Positions 24,880 through 38,727 of a stretch of 64,000 nucleotides of DNA are shown here, in pieces. Source of the stretch: Lama glama (taxonomy: Eukaryota); the NCBI GenBank assembly GCA_028534125.1, contig CM052816.1, positions 26,042,001-26,106,000 on the forward strand. Direction: 5' to 3'. The first letter of the stretch is position 1, and each line of letters begins with the position of its first letter. Below the pieces are notes generated by a model. It was not told where the DNA came from. It saw nothing but the letters and a program-made list of their open reading frames with translations, and did no database searches. A program made the translations under genes and the position numbers.

Positions 24880-25225
24880 TGGGGAGATTGTGAACTCCCA
24901 TCCCCAAAAGACCATCTCCCAAGCTTCTTCCCAATCACAAAAGCTTCACAGAGAGATGGGGGAATAATCTTAATTCATCATTGAGATAGGGTATCAGAGT
25001 CGTTGCTACCCTCCACTGTGTGCAGGCTTGTCATAAGGCTTGTCAACTCCTTCTGAATTTTCCTTAGGAAACAACTCAGAAATGTGCATCAGACAGTGAG
25101 TCTGTGACTCTGTTGTCCTGATCTTCAACTGCTTGAGCCTGCTCTTCTGTGTCTCAGGGAGGCCTGGGAGTCTTCAGCTTTTCTATAAACAAGAGAGAGG
25201 GCCCGCAGGGTCCTGCGTGGTTTCA
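24880..25225 (-). mobile_element. Partial ERV1 LTR (MER41-like artiodactyl type) abutting the previous LTR
   Basis: Minus strand starts TGAAACCACGCAGGACCCTG; AACTGCTTGAGCCTGCTCT shared with the LTR at 52807-53398. Confidence 0.7.
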
Positions 25226-26789
25226 GTATTAGACCTCTGCTTTTTTTTTTTTTTGGTCACTGCTACTGTCCTTGAATAAATTCCATCTATGTCCAACTTA
25301 GATTTTAAAATACTTGTCTTCTGGATGTTGTTTTTGTACTCAGATTTTAAAAGTAAGCATAAATGTTCTCACATTTCTGGAACCCCCTAATATAAATAGC
25401 TATGACACTGAGGAATTGGATCTAACCCCCACCCCTCAAATCTGGCAACTGTGCTTGTGGTAAAAAGTAATGTTTCCATGATGGGAACTTTGAGTCTTTT
25501 TCTTTGAAATATTCTCCAAAGCCCTGAAATTTAAACAAGACCCCAAATTCTTCTTCCAGTGAATTGAACGTTGCAGCCACATAGATGTCAGGGATTAAAG
25601 AGAGGACTGGAAAAACAGCCCCTCGCCTCCAGGGTCACCAGGTGCCTCACTGATTCAGCATGGTCCTCAGGCTGCACGCTGGGTCCAGCTCAAGCCACGT
25701 CTCCCAGGGGCCCAGCAGCGAACGGGGCTGGGGAGAGGGTTTCTCTACATGGAGAGGCTACATTGGCACGTGAAATTTCTCACGCACACAGCATACCCGC
25801 ATTAATTCATCAGCCCACAGTCATTCTGGGGAAGACTGTTGACTTACTCTTTCGTAAGAGGAAACGGTCATTGGTTATACCTTTGCCTTTCCCAGTGTCT
25901 ATCAAAGCCCTGGTCTCTGGGAAGAGGAGGCAACCTTGCTGGCACTATAATCGCCCTGTCTACTCTACCAGTGTGAGAATTGCACCATTAATTTCAGCAG
26001 CACATAGAAAAAAACACCTCGCACCTTCCTCCCTACTCTTCCCTCTTCCCCACCCCGACACATCCTTTGGCCAGCTCAGCTGCATGCTTGTCTGATCTCT
26101 CTTACAAGGATGTTTCAAAAGAGATAAGTGGTAGGAATCAATGCACATCATCTTAATTACCAAATACAACTCATTTGATTGTAAACCATTTATCTCCCAA
26201 CAGCTACAAGACAAATGCTTGGTCCCACCGATAAAGATGTGCCTACTTTTCTAAATGGTGCAGAAACATTTCTCGGATAATGTGAACATCCTCTCACTGG
26301 CCTTTCTATTCAAGACATCCTGAACTATAAGAAAAATTGCCTCAAAACTTAGTTTAATAGGTTGATTCTACTTATTTTAAGGTCTCCTAGTATGTGTCAA
26401 GCATCTTCTTGCTCTTGTCATCCAAGATGTAATCCAGAGATGGTTATGGCACTAACTGTGGAAGGTTGGGAGTCTCCTCAGTTTGTATAAATACATTTTG
26501 AAGGTATTTACATGTTCTAAAAATTATATTATTAATTTAAAAATTATAAAATAATACACCTTCACTGTAAAAATTAAATAAAATAAAAAATACAGATATA
26601 TAAGACCTAGCTCTAGATCCGCATCTAGATATCACAGGGTCAGACCTTGCTGAGTGCACGGGAGCCTCTGGGGACTTGGGGAGTCATGAACTGGGGCTCC
26701 AGCGACACTGCAGGAGGCTGGAGATCTGTATGCGCATCTGATGATCTCAGTCATGAGGGAACTCGGTGGGGGGGCCTCCTTGGGGTTTT

Positions 26790-27020
26790 TTATTGAAGTA
26801 TAGTTGATTTACAATGTGTAAGTTTCTGGTGTACAGCACAGTGAGTGACTCAGTTACACATACACATTCTTTTTCATATTCTTTTTCATTATAGGTTATT
26901 ACAAGCTATTAAATAGAGTTCCCTGTGTTATACAATAGGACCTCGTTGTTTATCCATTTCATGTGCAGTAGTTTGTATCTGTTAATCCCAAACTCCTAAT
27001 TTATTCCTCCCCTAGCCCCC
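26790..27020 (-). mobile_element. Short L1 3' end
   Basis: TATTGAAGTATAGTTGATTTACAATGTG...; flanks TCCTTGGGGTTTTT / TCCTTAGGGTTTTT. Confidence 0.85.
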
Positions 27021-28054
27021 ATCCTTAGGGTTTTTGTTTGTTTTTGCCATTTGTTTCTTCCATATTGCAAATGGTCTTCATTTTATATTGTAAATATTTA
27101 AGATGTTTAGAATCTGTGAGCTCTTATCTACTGTCTGTTAAACTTCTTCCAATCCGGGAACCCTCAGATCCATTGTATCGGCCAGGTGTCCTCTGTAGAC
27201 ACAAGTCAGATGTTGCCAGTTCCCTATAAAATCCCTCAGCTCCGTATGTCCCCCAGGATAAAGGCAAGCAGACCTTGTGTTTGGGCTCCCTGCCTTCTTC
27301 CTCATCATTCATCTCCTGTGAGTACCACCCTGAAGTGCTTGTTGGGGATCTACGCCAGGATGTTGTTAGGGTTTAGTCTGTGTTGTCCCTTCTGCCTGGC
27401 ATGCCCTTCTCATCCACGGATGCTCAGCTTAGGGATCACCTCCTCCTTGAAGCCTTCTCTGATTCCTCACTTCCCCAGGGGTCATGGGCACCCCTGTCCT
27501 GTTTGACATGATACTCTGTGCATTTCTCTGTCATTGAATAGATGAAATCCCACACAGACCTTAGTTTAGGGCTGTGGTCCCAGAGAGGATGTTGCCTGGG
27601 GAGGCAATGCTTTGAGCTTTCCTGGTCATTATTTACCAGTAAGAGGAAAGGGCATCACTGGAGAGAGAAGTAAGAAGAGAGTACATGAGAAAGGCCCCTG
27701 GGCTTTCCTAAGAGAAAAGGAGCCGGGAAAAGAAAGGGCCTGTGGACGACCCACTTGGTCTACACTGTCGAGGTGTTGAGGTATCTCTCCGTTTCTCTCC
27801 CTTCCATTTGAAGAAAGGACACAGAATGGAAACCAAGACACTACCATCAGTTCACTTTTGATTGGAAAAAATTACTTTCCCAGCTGAACTCAAGGCTAAT
27901 ATTCACTTGAATTTTTAATGTTACAGAATGTGTGAGTGTGTGTTTTCAGACTCTGTACCACTAGAGTGTTGCTGTCTTTGTCTACACTTGACTCTAGAGC
28001 AGCTACTATTGGAGACTAACAATAAACATGCAAAAGTTAAGAGGAAAAACTCAA

Positions 28055-28222
28055 GAGCTGGAGTTGTCTTTTGGCATAAAATTGCTGTGTGACCTTGGGC
28101 AGATGACTTAACCTGTCAGCTTCCCCTTTGGTAAAATGGTGATAAAAGTGTCTCTACCTCTTAGGGTTTTGTGGAGGATTAAATAGGTTAATAGAAAGTG
28201 CTCAGTAACATTTGCTATTACT
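28055..28222 (+). mobile_element. MIR
   Basis: GCTGTGTGACCTTGGGCAGATGACTTAACC...GTAAAATGGTGATAA...GTGCTCAGTAACATTTGCTATTA. Confidence 0.8.
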
Positions 28223-29543
28223 GTTCTTGTTGTTTTTCTATATCTCATGGCAAATTAACCAAGACCAAAATCCAGATTAGCATCTGGATAAAATCTAATG
28301 CCATAACCAAGACTAAAGCTGTTATCCAAGGTTCTTTCTGTAACTCTCTGATTTTCCAACTCTACCCAATTTTTGTGCATTTACTCTAAGATTCTTTAGG
28401 CATGGTTAAAAAGCATTTTCCCATGCTTTAATCCCATGACTTCTACATCAGGACTATGTATACAGTGCCATATGCATTCTTCTGTCTATGTTAATCTGGC
28501 TGTATCACCTGTTAATGCTCTTTAGTTCAGCTGAAGCACTATAAGGCCTCAGGCCTGTCAAACACTTGCAGGGTACAGTCAGCCCCCTGATTCCCTGGAA
28601 GATCTCATTTTTAAAAGGTAACCTTAAATTTGTAATTCTTAAAGACGGTGTACAGGAAGATAGCTGGGAACCATCCCTCAGCACAGGCCCACAGGCGTGG
28701 GGGCAGGCTCCCACCCAGGCCAGGGCACACTGCTCTGGACCAAGGCCCTCTGTCCTGCTCTGATTATTCTGAACTGCCCCTCCTGAAACCCCAGCCCTAC
28801 TGACATTCACCCATTGGACAGGCGCTGCCTGGGACCATGACTCTCCAACCCAGTCTGACTGCAGCTCTTATGGTGATCAGGCCAGACATGGCCCAGGATG
28901 CAGGGCCAGCTCAGAACCAGAATGAATTGTACCAAATGTGAGAGGTTGGTCACCAGCCTCTGATTCTTTTCATCTCTAGTTACCACCTAAAACTAGGTGA
29001 CATACTTGTTGAGCTGACTGGGATAATCTGATTTACACTTGTGGTTCTGGCACTATCATAAATGGGACCTCCATTCACTCTCAGAAGTACCATCCTATCC
29101 AAGGGGCAAGACCACACTCATCCTCCCTGATGGTGCATCCTCTGCGATTTGTGTGCTTTATCCCTTTACTAGTAGACATCTCCTGTACCATAACTTTTCC
29201 CAGTTTATATTATCAGCCCCCTTTTTTGCCCCTTGCCCACTCTCTCCTCTGCTCTGTGTTCACTCGACTGTGAAGCATCTCCCCTGTGTTCTTAGCCTCT
29301 AGAGAATGTATTCCAGGTGCCCAGGCCGGAAGCTCTTCCAACACGCATCCTGCTCCTGTGCTTGTGCTGAGGGGTGCTCAGCCCTGCGTCAGGAGCCAGG
29401 GCAGCTGTCCCCTCTCATAACTTAGGTGCTACCCTCAGTGGATGTCAACCTTGTGCCCACTCGAATCCCTCCTCAAGTGATGACGGGAGGTGGAGGGAGT
29501 GTGTCCATTCTGGCCAAGTAGCCTCTGGTAGTCTCCCGGAGTC

Positions 29544-30012
29544 TGCGTAGGAGAGAATTTGCCCTTGCCCAAAGAGAGGGCTGGGCTTTACCCTCAGTTT
29601 CTGGGGGGTGATCAGTATCATACCCAACAGGAGTGTCTTTGTGATCTTCACTGGGGCCACCCTCACGGAGTAGACATGGGGTGGGGGCAGAGCACACTAG
29701 CAAGGCCAACCCTGTGACTTAGGGTGGGGGCTTTGGGTCCTGTGGCATCATGTTTGAGACCCTCTCTCCTCCCTGTGACCCTCTCCATGTGCATCTTCCC
29801 TTGGCTGATTTTGACCAGTATTCTTTCCCTGTAATAAACTGTAACCATGAGTGTAATGGCCCTCGGTGAGTTCTGTTAGTCCTCCTAGTGAAGCGTTGAA
29901 CATGACGGTGGTTTTGGAAATCTTCTGAACTTGCAGTTGATGTCAGACTTGAGGGCGATATTGGGTGGGAACTGTGCCCTCTAACTTTTCCAGTTTGGCT
30001 AACTCCAGGTAG
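29544..30012 (+). mobile_element. MER21C-like LTR
   Basis: TTTGCCCTTGCCCAAAGAGAGGGCTGGGCTTT...CCCTGTAATAAACTGTAACCATGAGT...GTGAGTTCTGTTAGTCCTCCTAGTGAA. Confidence 0.8.
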
Positions 30013-31674
30013 GATCCATTGTGATATCTTTGCATTTCCACTGGAGAGGGGACAAGTTCCAGGCCCTTTTCTCTCAAGAGACTTCTGGCTCCTTAACTAG
30101 GCAGAGTTAAGGGAAGAATGCTGACTCCTCCAGTATCGATGCAGTGCCTCAGTCCTCGGCCACCAAAGTCTGAGTCTCGTTTCTCAAGTCCAGCCAAATA
30201 TGTCCTTTATTTCTGTGCCTCCGTAGTGAAAACGTTGAACCACGTTCATAGCTGGCACTAGACTCTCTCTTCACAGCCTTTATGAAACACCTCGATAAGC
30301 CTATACTAAGACATTAGCAGAAGGGAGAAGATGATCTGCATAAGACAAGAGGAATAACCTATTATTTTCACTTCTTAGAGGGAGAGATGGTTTGCCGAGG
30401 GAGAGGAAGGGGGGGAGGGGCCTTCCAGAGAGGAGGCAGGGCCAGGATGAGTGAGAGCAGCTGTCAGCGCAAAGCCCGACTGCTGGGGGGCCTAGCGGCA
30501 CTGTGAGAACTGACACCCTGGCTCCCCTGGAAGTCACTCAGCTGTCCTGACTCCAGGGGCCTAGGAGTCCTCCCCTCTTTCAGAGGCTCACTGCTGCTGT
30601 GTGAGAGGGAGCCTGGGCCTCGCAGCTGGACAGACACAGAGCAGTGCTGGGCAACAGAGGCCTGGAGACCAGTCTGTTCTGGCAGTTGGTAGAAGCCGCA
30701 GAGAGGAATCTGGACTCAACAGTGGGCTTAGGGACTGGGGTCGTTGCACAGTGATCTCCAGGGTAGATGATGTTTTGGTTACACACGAATTTTCTCTCTC
30801 AGCGTTTCCCAAGCGCTGGCTCCGTGCTCACTGTGCTAAGCGGTTTGCTCCTTATTTCTTTTCCCCACCACCCTACAGGGTGGCTACTCTTAGCTCTACT
30901 TTGTAGTAGAGGAAACTGCTACACACACCTCCAGCTTGTCAACTGTTCGTTGATTCTGGCTCCTGCTTAAAAGCCCCCGGTGGCTCCCCAGGACTTAAAT
31001 GTTCAATTCCAGGCTGCTTACCTGGCTCCCTTCAGGCTCTGTGGGATCTGACCATGCTGGCCCCTAAGGCCTGACCCCTCACCCCTCCCTGCTCCATCCT
31101 ACTGGACACTAGTATTTAGAGAAACCAGCTCATGCTCATGTCTACCTTCAGGTCCTAGAGCCACTGTCTCCTCTTCCCAGTCCATCCTGTGCCTCCCTAT
31201 TGGCCTGAGTGACCCTCAACTGCTCCACCTTCAGATGCTGCCCCATCTCCCTAACTAAGCATAGAGCACATCCAGTGCTGCTACCGTGCTCCGTGTGCAC
31301 TCCTGTCCTAGAGGTCACCTCAGGGTGCTGAGAGCCACTGCGGTCCTCTGTGGCTGGGACGGCTGTAGGGAGCATGTAGGGAAGGGTCAAGTGTGCTGCA
31401 TGCAAGCCAGCAATGTAATGATGGTGAAGGGCGGTGAGAGTAAGAGAGGTTTAGATGCTTCATAGTTGAGCTGCGAGGAGGGTGGTTTTGGAAGCTGGAG
31501 TGTATTCTCTCTCAGTGAGTGAGTGATGAAGCTGTAGGGAGAATAGGCAAATGTGAGGAATCAGGAGGGGGGGCTCAGCTTCTGCCTTCACTCCCCCCAT
31601 GTATTTATCATTCTGATTTCTAGCATTTGAAATCTGCTTGGATTTTTACATTCTCTGCTTATGGCCTTAGTGGG

Positions 31675-31982
31675 TGTGGGAGGCAGGACAGTGCCCCCAC
31701 CCCCACCCTAAAGGTGTCCCAGTCCTTATTCCTGGAAACTGCGTATATTAGGTTACATGGCAGATAAGAATTAAGGCTGCTAGTCATCTGACCTTAAAAT
31801 AGGGAGATCACCCAGGATTTTCCTGATGGGCCTGATGTGATCACAAGGTCCTCAGAAGTGGAAGAGGTCAGAGACAGAGGAAGATGTGACTAGAGAAGAA
31901 GAATCAGAGAGATGCAGTGTTGTATCATTTAAGCAGCTAAATTTGTGTTAGTTTGTTACAGTATCAGCAGAGAAAGAATACA
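31675..31982 (+). mobile_element. MaLR LTR, MLT1D-like, internally deleted
   Basis: TGACCTTAAAATAGGGAGATCACCCAGGATT...GATCACAAGGTCCTC...TTTAAGCAGCTAAATTTGTGTTAGTTTGTTACAG. Confidence 0.8.
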
Positions 31983-32920
31983 GTGATGACTACAAAAACG
32001 TCTGTGGGAAACTCCTCCATTTAGGCCTAGTAAGGACTCTAGGCTCTGAGGCTGCATGAGGTCAAATCTTGCCTCCTGAGATAGTGATTTAACACCCTCC
32101 TCATGTTAATATAAGAGAGTTAATATGTCTAAGTGCTGAAATGGTGCCATTAACCTGCTGGTTTGTTGTTGCTACGATATTTTTGTATTGTACTCTTGCC
32201 AGGGCCGGTTCTAATGTACAAAAAACAAAGCAAAACAAAACTTTGTATTTAGTAGACATTGGCTTCCTGCATCCATAGAAGACCTGAAACTTCAGTAGCC
32301 TAACTTGAAGATCTGGATTCAAACACTAGCTTTGCATAAAAGCCATGGCATCAGTACATTAGAAGAGCTCCATCTTTGAGATATGCAAACATCTTCAAGC
32401 TAAGCACATAGCTTTGAGAATACACAAGGGAGCTGTGTGTGTAAATGAGGGGGAGCCTGGTCCTTCACACAATTAGCTGAATGCCAGTGAGCAAGACAGG
32501 TTTTGATTTTTCCTATTTGAGTTGCCGGGGGTGGGGGGCGGGGGGGTTAGACTACTCGGTTGGGTAATTGTGATTCTTGAGCCATTTCATGAAAGGATGG
32601 CAAGGCAGAGTTTGTTTAGAAACATATTGCAAGGTAGGAGTGGAGATCAGATAGGGGATCTTTAGAAAGCTCATTGATCTTAAAAAAAAAAAAGTTTTTT
32701 TTGCGATGTCTAATTTGGAGTGTTTCAATACTTGTATCTATGGATTCAAAGAGTATTTGCATCTGTATGTAGAATGGCTTCATACTTTATTTGCAAGTCC
32801 AGCTGACAGTTTCCAATGCAAATCAACGTATTTGTACTTGCAAAAGACACTCACATGCACCTTCGGGATGACCTCGTGGAGGATGGAAGGCTTCAAATGT
32901 GTATCTATCTATCTATCTAT

Positions 32921-33052
32921 ATTTTATTTTTTTTAATTTTTGGAGGGGAGATAATTAGGTTCATTTATTTATTTTAACAGCAGTACTGGGGATTGAACCC
33001 AGGACCTCCTGCATGCTAAGTGCATGCTTTACCACTGAGCTGTATCCTCCCC
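32921..33052 (-). mobile_element. tRNA-derived camelid-type SINE (Vic-1-like, long form)
   Basis: GGGGAGATAATTAGGTTCATTTATTT...GTACTGGGGATTGAACCCAGGACCTC...ACCACTGAGCTGTATCC; TSD TGTGTATCT at 32898-32906 and 33053-33061. Confidence 0.9.
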
Positions 33053-33069
33053 TGTGTATCTGTATTTGA

Positions 33070-33840
33070 ATGACCATCTCCCACCCCATTTCCATGGCTG
33101 CCTTTCTGTTAGTCCCTAGTTCTGTTACAAAAGCCCTGCTCCTATCTCAAGCTGAAACACCATGGCTACTTTATCTCTCTAACCTGTCTTATATTTCCCT
33201 GCTTCAGCTTTATCCCATTAGCAGTGGAATCCCCATAATTCTCATGTCTCACACATGCCCATCCTTTCTGTTCTCACTGGCCCCTCAGTGATTTATGCCT
33301 TGTCTCTCGCTTTTAGACAATGACCACAGCTGTGCTTTCAGCCTCTCCTTTTTAAAATTTGTTCTCTATATGCAATTATTTTCTTGAAGTTCAGTTTGAT
33401 GTGTGGTCACTCCAATTTGTACAACATTTCAGTGCCTTTTGCTGGCTACTCAATAAAACATCAACCCATTGTCCTAACATGTGTGACCTGCCATCCATTG
33501 CTGGTACATTCTGAGGTTGCCTTCTCCACAGGCCCCGAGGCTGTGGCTTCTTTCTGAAGTGGCTTTCTCACTTCCTCTTCAGCCTGTCTGAGGTCCTACC
33601 TATTATTTAATCAAACTTTAAATAATATCTCTTGGTTTGTCCCTGGTTATGTCTCTATATATTTAATACATGTTTTCAATGGAATTTTAATTTTACAGAC
33701 ACACGTGGACTTGCATGTTCCCCCAAGTATAAGTTCTTTGAGGATAGGGACTATGAGTGTTCTATGTTTCTGACTATCTCCTACAACTTGGCACATTACC
33801 TTGAACATGGTGATGGCCTAAAAATATCTTATGAATTGTT
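33070..33840 (+). mobile_element. Degenerate LINE2
   Basis: Pyrimidine-rich L2-like text ending TATAAGTTCTTTGAGGATAGGGACTATG...TTGGCACAT. Confidence 0.55.
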
Positions 33841-34105
33841 CCAGCATTTGTAAAGCCACCATTTTCTTTTTTTAAATGTGGGTTAAAAAGTACATGAAGT
33901 GTGAAGTATATATTCTAATGTGAGAGTTTATAAAAATGGATAAATATGGCATGTCTTGAAGTTTCTGTGCTGAATTCTGCATTGTGGACCCCCACACAAC
34001 TCTCCCATCTCACCAGGTAATTATTTGGGCCTGAAATGAAATGTATGGCTTTATAGTGAGGCTTCAAAGTAAAAGGATCCAGTCAAGCAGTTTAAGATTG
34101 CCCTA

Positions 34106-34592
34106 TGCAATAGTTATTATTGCTGTGTAACAAGTTAACCCGCAACTCAGTGGCTTAAAACAATAAACATCTCCCATGGCTTAGTTGGATGGTTCTGACT
34201 TGGGATCTCTCCTGAGACTGCAGTCTACATATCAGTTGTGGTTTGCAGTCACTGAAGACTAGACTGAGGCTGGAGGGTTAGGAGACTCACTCAGAACAAA
34301 TGAGTATTGACCGTGGGCAGGGGTCCTAAGTTCCTCACTACATGGTCTTCTCCATTGGGCACCTTGAGTGTTTACTGACTCTGTGTCTGGTTTCCCCAGA
34401 GGAATACCAGAGAGAACAGGAGGAAGGTGGCTATGCCTTTTTATGTCTTGACCTGGGAAGGCAGATACTGTTGTTTCCACAATATCCTACTGGATATGCA
34501 GTAGGCCTTATTCACAGTAGGGATGAATACACAAAGGGATGAATATGGAGGAGTAAAAATCACTGGGGCCATCTTGGAGGCTGGCTACCACA
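34106..34592 (-). mobile_element. MaLR LTR, MLT1F-like
   Basis: ATTGCTGTGTAACAAG...CAGTGGCTTAAAACAATAAAC ... GGGGCCATCTTGGAGGCTGGCTACCACA. Confidence 0.8.
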
Positions 34593-37500
34593 CACCAATA
34601 ATTACTCTCCACTTAGGTCTTTGTGACCCTGGCAGAAAGCGAGGATTGCTGCCTTCTCTTTAATTTCATGGGGGTTTGCTAAAGCCCAAGGGATTCGTCT
34701 TCAGCTATGGAATAGCTAGCTTGGCTTCTGGGAGGCCACCTTGCCCTCTCCCCCAACTGCAAGCATGCGTAACTAGTGGGGTCTTGGTACCTGGGCCTCT
34801 CAACCACCTTTGAAAGAATGCAGCAGCCTCACAGAAAGTCCATGGCCATCAGTGGTGCTGGGACAAGAATCTGATTGAGCATTGTAAACTAAGGCCTGAT
34901 GCTGCCAGAATGCCCCAGCTATTTCTGACTCTTCTTGTGGGGCTGAAATTGAGGGCTGATTTCTTCTGAATGGAAGGTATTTCTCTCTCCCTTTGGAACC
35001 AGATTGTTTTATCAGGATCTGGATTGGCTTTGGTTATTTACCCGGCACTTTAAGCTGCAAGTTGATGATTAGATACATTCCAGTCCTGTGACACACACAT
35101 TTGAAAGGATTCATGCTTCTAATCATAAAAAGAAAAAGTTTTTTTCATTCTTAACATCTGGAGCCTGATGAATAATTACCATAATTAAACAAGAGGCCAT
35201 TGTCTATTTGGGTATTTTTTAAGCTTCAAATGCCTCTCTGTGTGCAAGATTCACATTGCACAGCCTTTGTTCTAAAGCATACTATTGTGTATTGCTCACA
35301 ATCTACTGGGGGGTCTTAGTGGCTGGTGTTAAAAGTGGGTCATTAGGGCCTCATCTTCATCACTCTCTTATTCTGCTTCTCCAAAAGCCTTCATAAGTAA
35401 ACCCACTGCTTTGCTCAGGATCCCACATCCTGCCCTGCCATCTCTCATAGCACTGGAAGGGGAGGAGCCGGGCTGGTCATCTGAGGAGGATGTTAGCTCC
35501 TCCCTGCCTCCCCACTGCCATTGCTGATTGAGTGACATTATACTGATTGGTAATTCCATGCCACCTGTTGTTAAGACTACTAGGGATACATTTTAGATAA
35601 ACTACTGTGAAATAAGCAACTGAAAGAATCTGTACCAGACTTGTAGTGAAAGAGTGGCATCTTTTATTTTTGGGGTGCCTATTTCTGAACTAGATTATGC
35701 CAGCTCTGTCACCATGCTGTCATCTGGTCACACTCCCTCCTAGATATTGATCTTAGAGCATGTTTGCTCTTTTGTTGAATCCTGGTGCTTTACAAGGCAG
35801 GATGACCTTGGCACTGGGTCTACTGCCCAAGAGCTTGCATCTACAAGTGGACTTGGTGCCCAGCATTTTGATAGAAGCCATGAAAGTAAACCTTATCACC
35901 TTGAGTTCAAAGGGACTTTGGAAAGGCCTGAAATCTTCATTTATCTTTTACTTCACCATTTGTTAAACTTCATGGATGTTAATTACTATTCGGCAGGCAA
36001 GAAATGACAAAGAATTCTGGATGCTCTTATAAAAGAAATTGCTTTATATTTCATAATATTCCTTAAGCGCCTTGTGCATGCTAGGGGCTCAGTAATTTCT
36101 TACCAGTTGATTATAATAAATTCTGAAGAGTTTGTTGTTTGATATTTACATTTGGCCTATCAAATCATGATCCTAGGGGCAAAAATAACTAGCAGGAGAT
36201 GGATCTAAAGTAAAACTGGGCCAAATTAACATAAAATTTTGGGAGATTGATCATTATAGAAATTCCTTTATAAGTCTATACTAAGTATTTAAATAAATGT
36301 TTGCCACTTCATAGAATATCATATTGAGCTTATTACGAGAGAAATAATGATACAAATATGTCTTTGTTGTGCACACATTCTGCCTATGGCATCTTAAAGA
36401 ATTTCAGGTGTAATCACACTCAGGAATTTAGGCTAATGGGCATCTTCATCTCTTTTCCTTCACTCTGAAAAGGTCTTATGAAAGTCACAAGATGGACATT
36501 CAACGTGAAAGATGTCGGGATGAAACGTGCTTTAGTGTTTTGGGTCTTTGCTTTTTTATAAAATAATCCAAGTGAGAGTAATTCATGCATACACTCAGCC
36601 TAATCAAAAGAAACCTGCTGGGATAAGAAGCATTTAGGTAGCTGTTACAAAGAAGAAAGTACTTATTGCTAAAGCAGAAAGAAAATATATTTTCGTACTA
36701 AATGTATCTATTAAAACTGCACATACATGCAGATTAGATGCACATAGAGTTAGAGCTACGACTCATATACCATTTTGGAGAAAAAGTAAAAATTACTCTT
36801 TGTAAAAAGTTAGTGTTGTTGAGTGGTGGAATCCCCAGTGAGATGATTCATTTATTCCCACAATGTATCAGATGACCAGCTCTCATAAAAACTACTATTA
36901 ACCTAAAAAATTAGGGTCAGTAAAAGCCTATCTCTAATTCACAAATCTCAATGAGCTGAACCGTTAGATCCTATGAGCTCATTATGATAGATTAAAGACC
37001 AAACATAAAGACATTATGAAATATGTGATTTTAATATGTTTAGTCATAATCAGAGCAAGCCTTTTAATAACATGATTTCATCATGGAACCTCCTGTGTTT
37101 TTCTTAAAACCAAGAAGACAATTTAAAAGACTTTAACCCTTTCTTGTGTCATAGCTTCTAATTCCATCTTAGTAGATTTAATTTGGTAAAACTGGCTGAA
37201 ATGATGCTCTTCTGGTACTGCCCACGATGACAGCAAGAGATGACATGAGCCAGTTCTGCAGCTGAATTCCACCTGCCACTAGGATAGTGATAACATCAAA
37301 GTGCTAAATTCTAGGCTGCAGCTCCCATCATACATCAACACTGGAGATTCCACCATCCACACCTATTTTCTCTTATAAAGTTCTAATCAAAAACAACCAC
37401 CTAGGGTTTACAGCAACGAAATCAGATTCCTGCAGTGAAACAACCTAGGGTTTGCAACAAACCAAAAACAAACAACCAAAACCAAAACCAAAACCAAACA

Positions 37501-38384
37501 ACCTAATCAGATCCTTACAGTGAAACATGACTTAACAAAGCATCTTCTTTTAGAATGACTAATCTTAAAAAAGGAAAAAAGCTTGCAGCTCTGATCACCA
37601 GTGGTTAACCCGTGCCCAACAAGAACAATGCCTTACAAGAACAATTTATAGCTTACAAAAATGAGGTATCATGTTATATCATTCAACCATCAACATAATT
37701 CTGTTTTTCATTCTTCCTTCCAATTCACCAATGAGGAAACATTCTCTGCTGATTTGAAATTCCCTGCGTTTTCCCACTGTGCTGGGGTTGGGTTCATTTC
37801 TGGAACTGGCATATGCAAATAGTGAGAGAAAAGTGCTCTTACATAGTCACAGAGTTGCAACAAGACAAAAAGCAATCCTCCTAGGTGATGGTTCCTCAGG
37901 TGATAATCTTGTTTAGTAAACAATGTTTTGATGGTCATTTTTTTGACTAGGAGGTAATGAAAAAAATTTTGCAGTAAGTATCCTCAAAGCTAATTATGTG
38001 TAGTTCTTTTTTTCCCTAGTGGAGAAAGTATGTAAGAGTGTAGGCAAGCCCCTCCAGACTCAGGAACTTGGGTACCATCGTTCACGTCCAGGGCAGTTGA
38101 GACCAACCATACTGTGAGAGAGATACTGACAATAAATAAGATGGAGATGTAGAGAAGGAAACAGCTGAATTACAGGTGTTCTCTTCTTTGATAACAATCA
38201 CTTCACTCATTGAAAAAAATATTAGTTATAACTTTTATATGTAAAGAGTGGGACACCTAACATCATGCTGCAGTGAGTACAACAAGAGCAAAGCTCTCTG
38301 CAGGTCTCAGTCATTTGCACAGATGGATGGCCGGGGAATAACTTGGCTGTCATAATCATTTTGGGACCAGGCCCGCAAAAATAT

Positions 38385-38727
38385 TGCTATGATCTGAATG
38401 TTTGTGTCCCCACAAAATTCATTTTGAAAGTCTAATGCTCTATGTGATAGTATTGGAAGGTGGGGTCTCTGGGAGGTCCTTAGGTCATGCGCATAGAGCA
38501 CTCATGAACAGGATTGGTGCCTTCTAAGGGAGGCTCCAGAGAGATCCCTGGTCCCTTCCAGCACAAGAGGACACGGGGAGAAGGAGCCTGCTGTGAATCA
38601 GAAAGAGAGCCCTCACCAAACGTGAGCACACTGGTGTCTTCCCAGCTTCCAGAACAGGGAGAAATTAATTTCTCTTGTTAATGAGCCAACAAGTCTGTGG
38701 TACTGCAGCAGCCTGAGTGGACTAAGA
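38385..38727 (+). mobile_element. MaLR LTR, MLT1A0-like
   Basis: TGCTATGATCTGAATGTTTGTGTCCCCACAAAATTCAT...GCAGCAGCCTGAGTGGACTAAGA. Confidence 0.85.

Noticed and set aside
25050..25072. STAT/GAS site in the MER41-like LTR (TTCCTTAGGAA)
   Set aside because: Spacing is TTC-N5-GAA, not the canonical TTC-N3-GAA.
25571..26095. Longest ORF in the track (174 aa)
   Set aside because: Non-ATG (TTG) start, no recognisable domain or splice context; this length can arise by chance in 64 kb.
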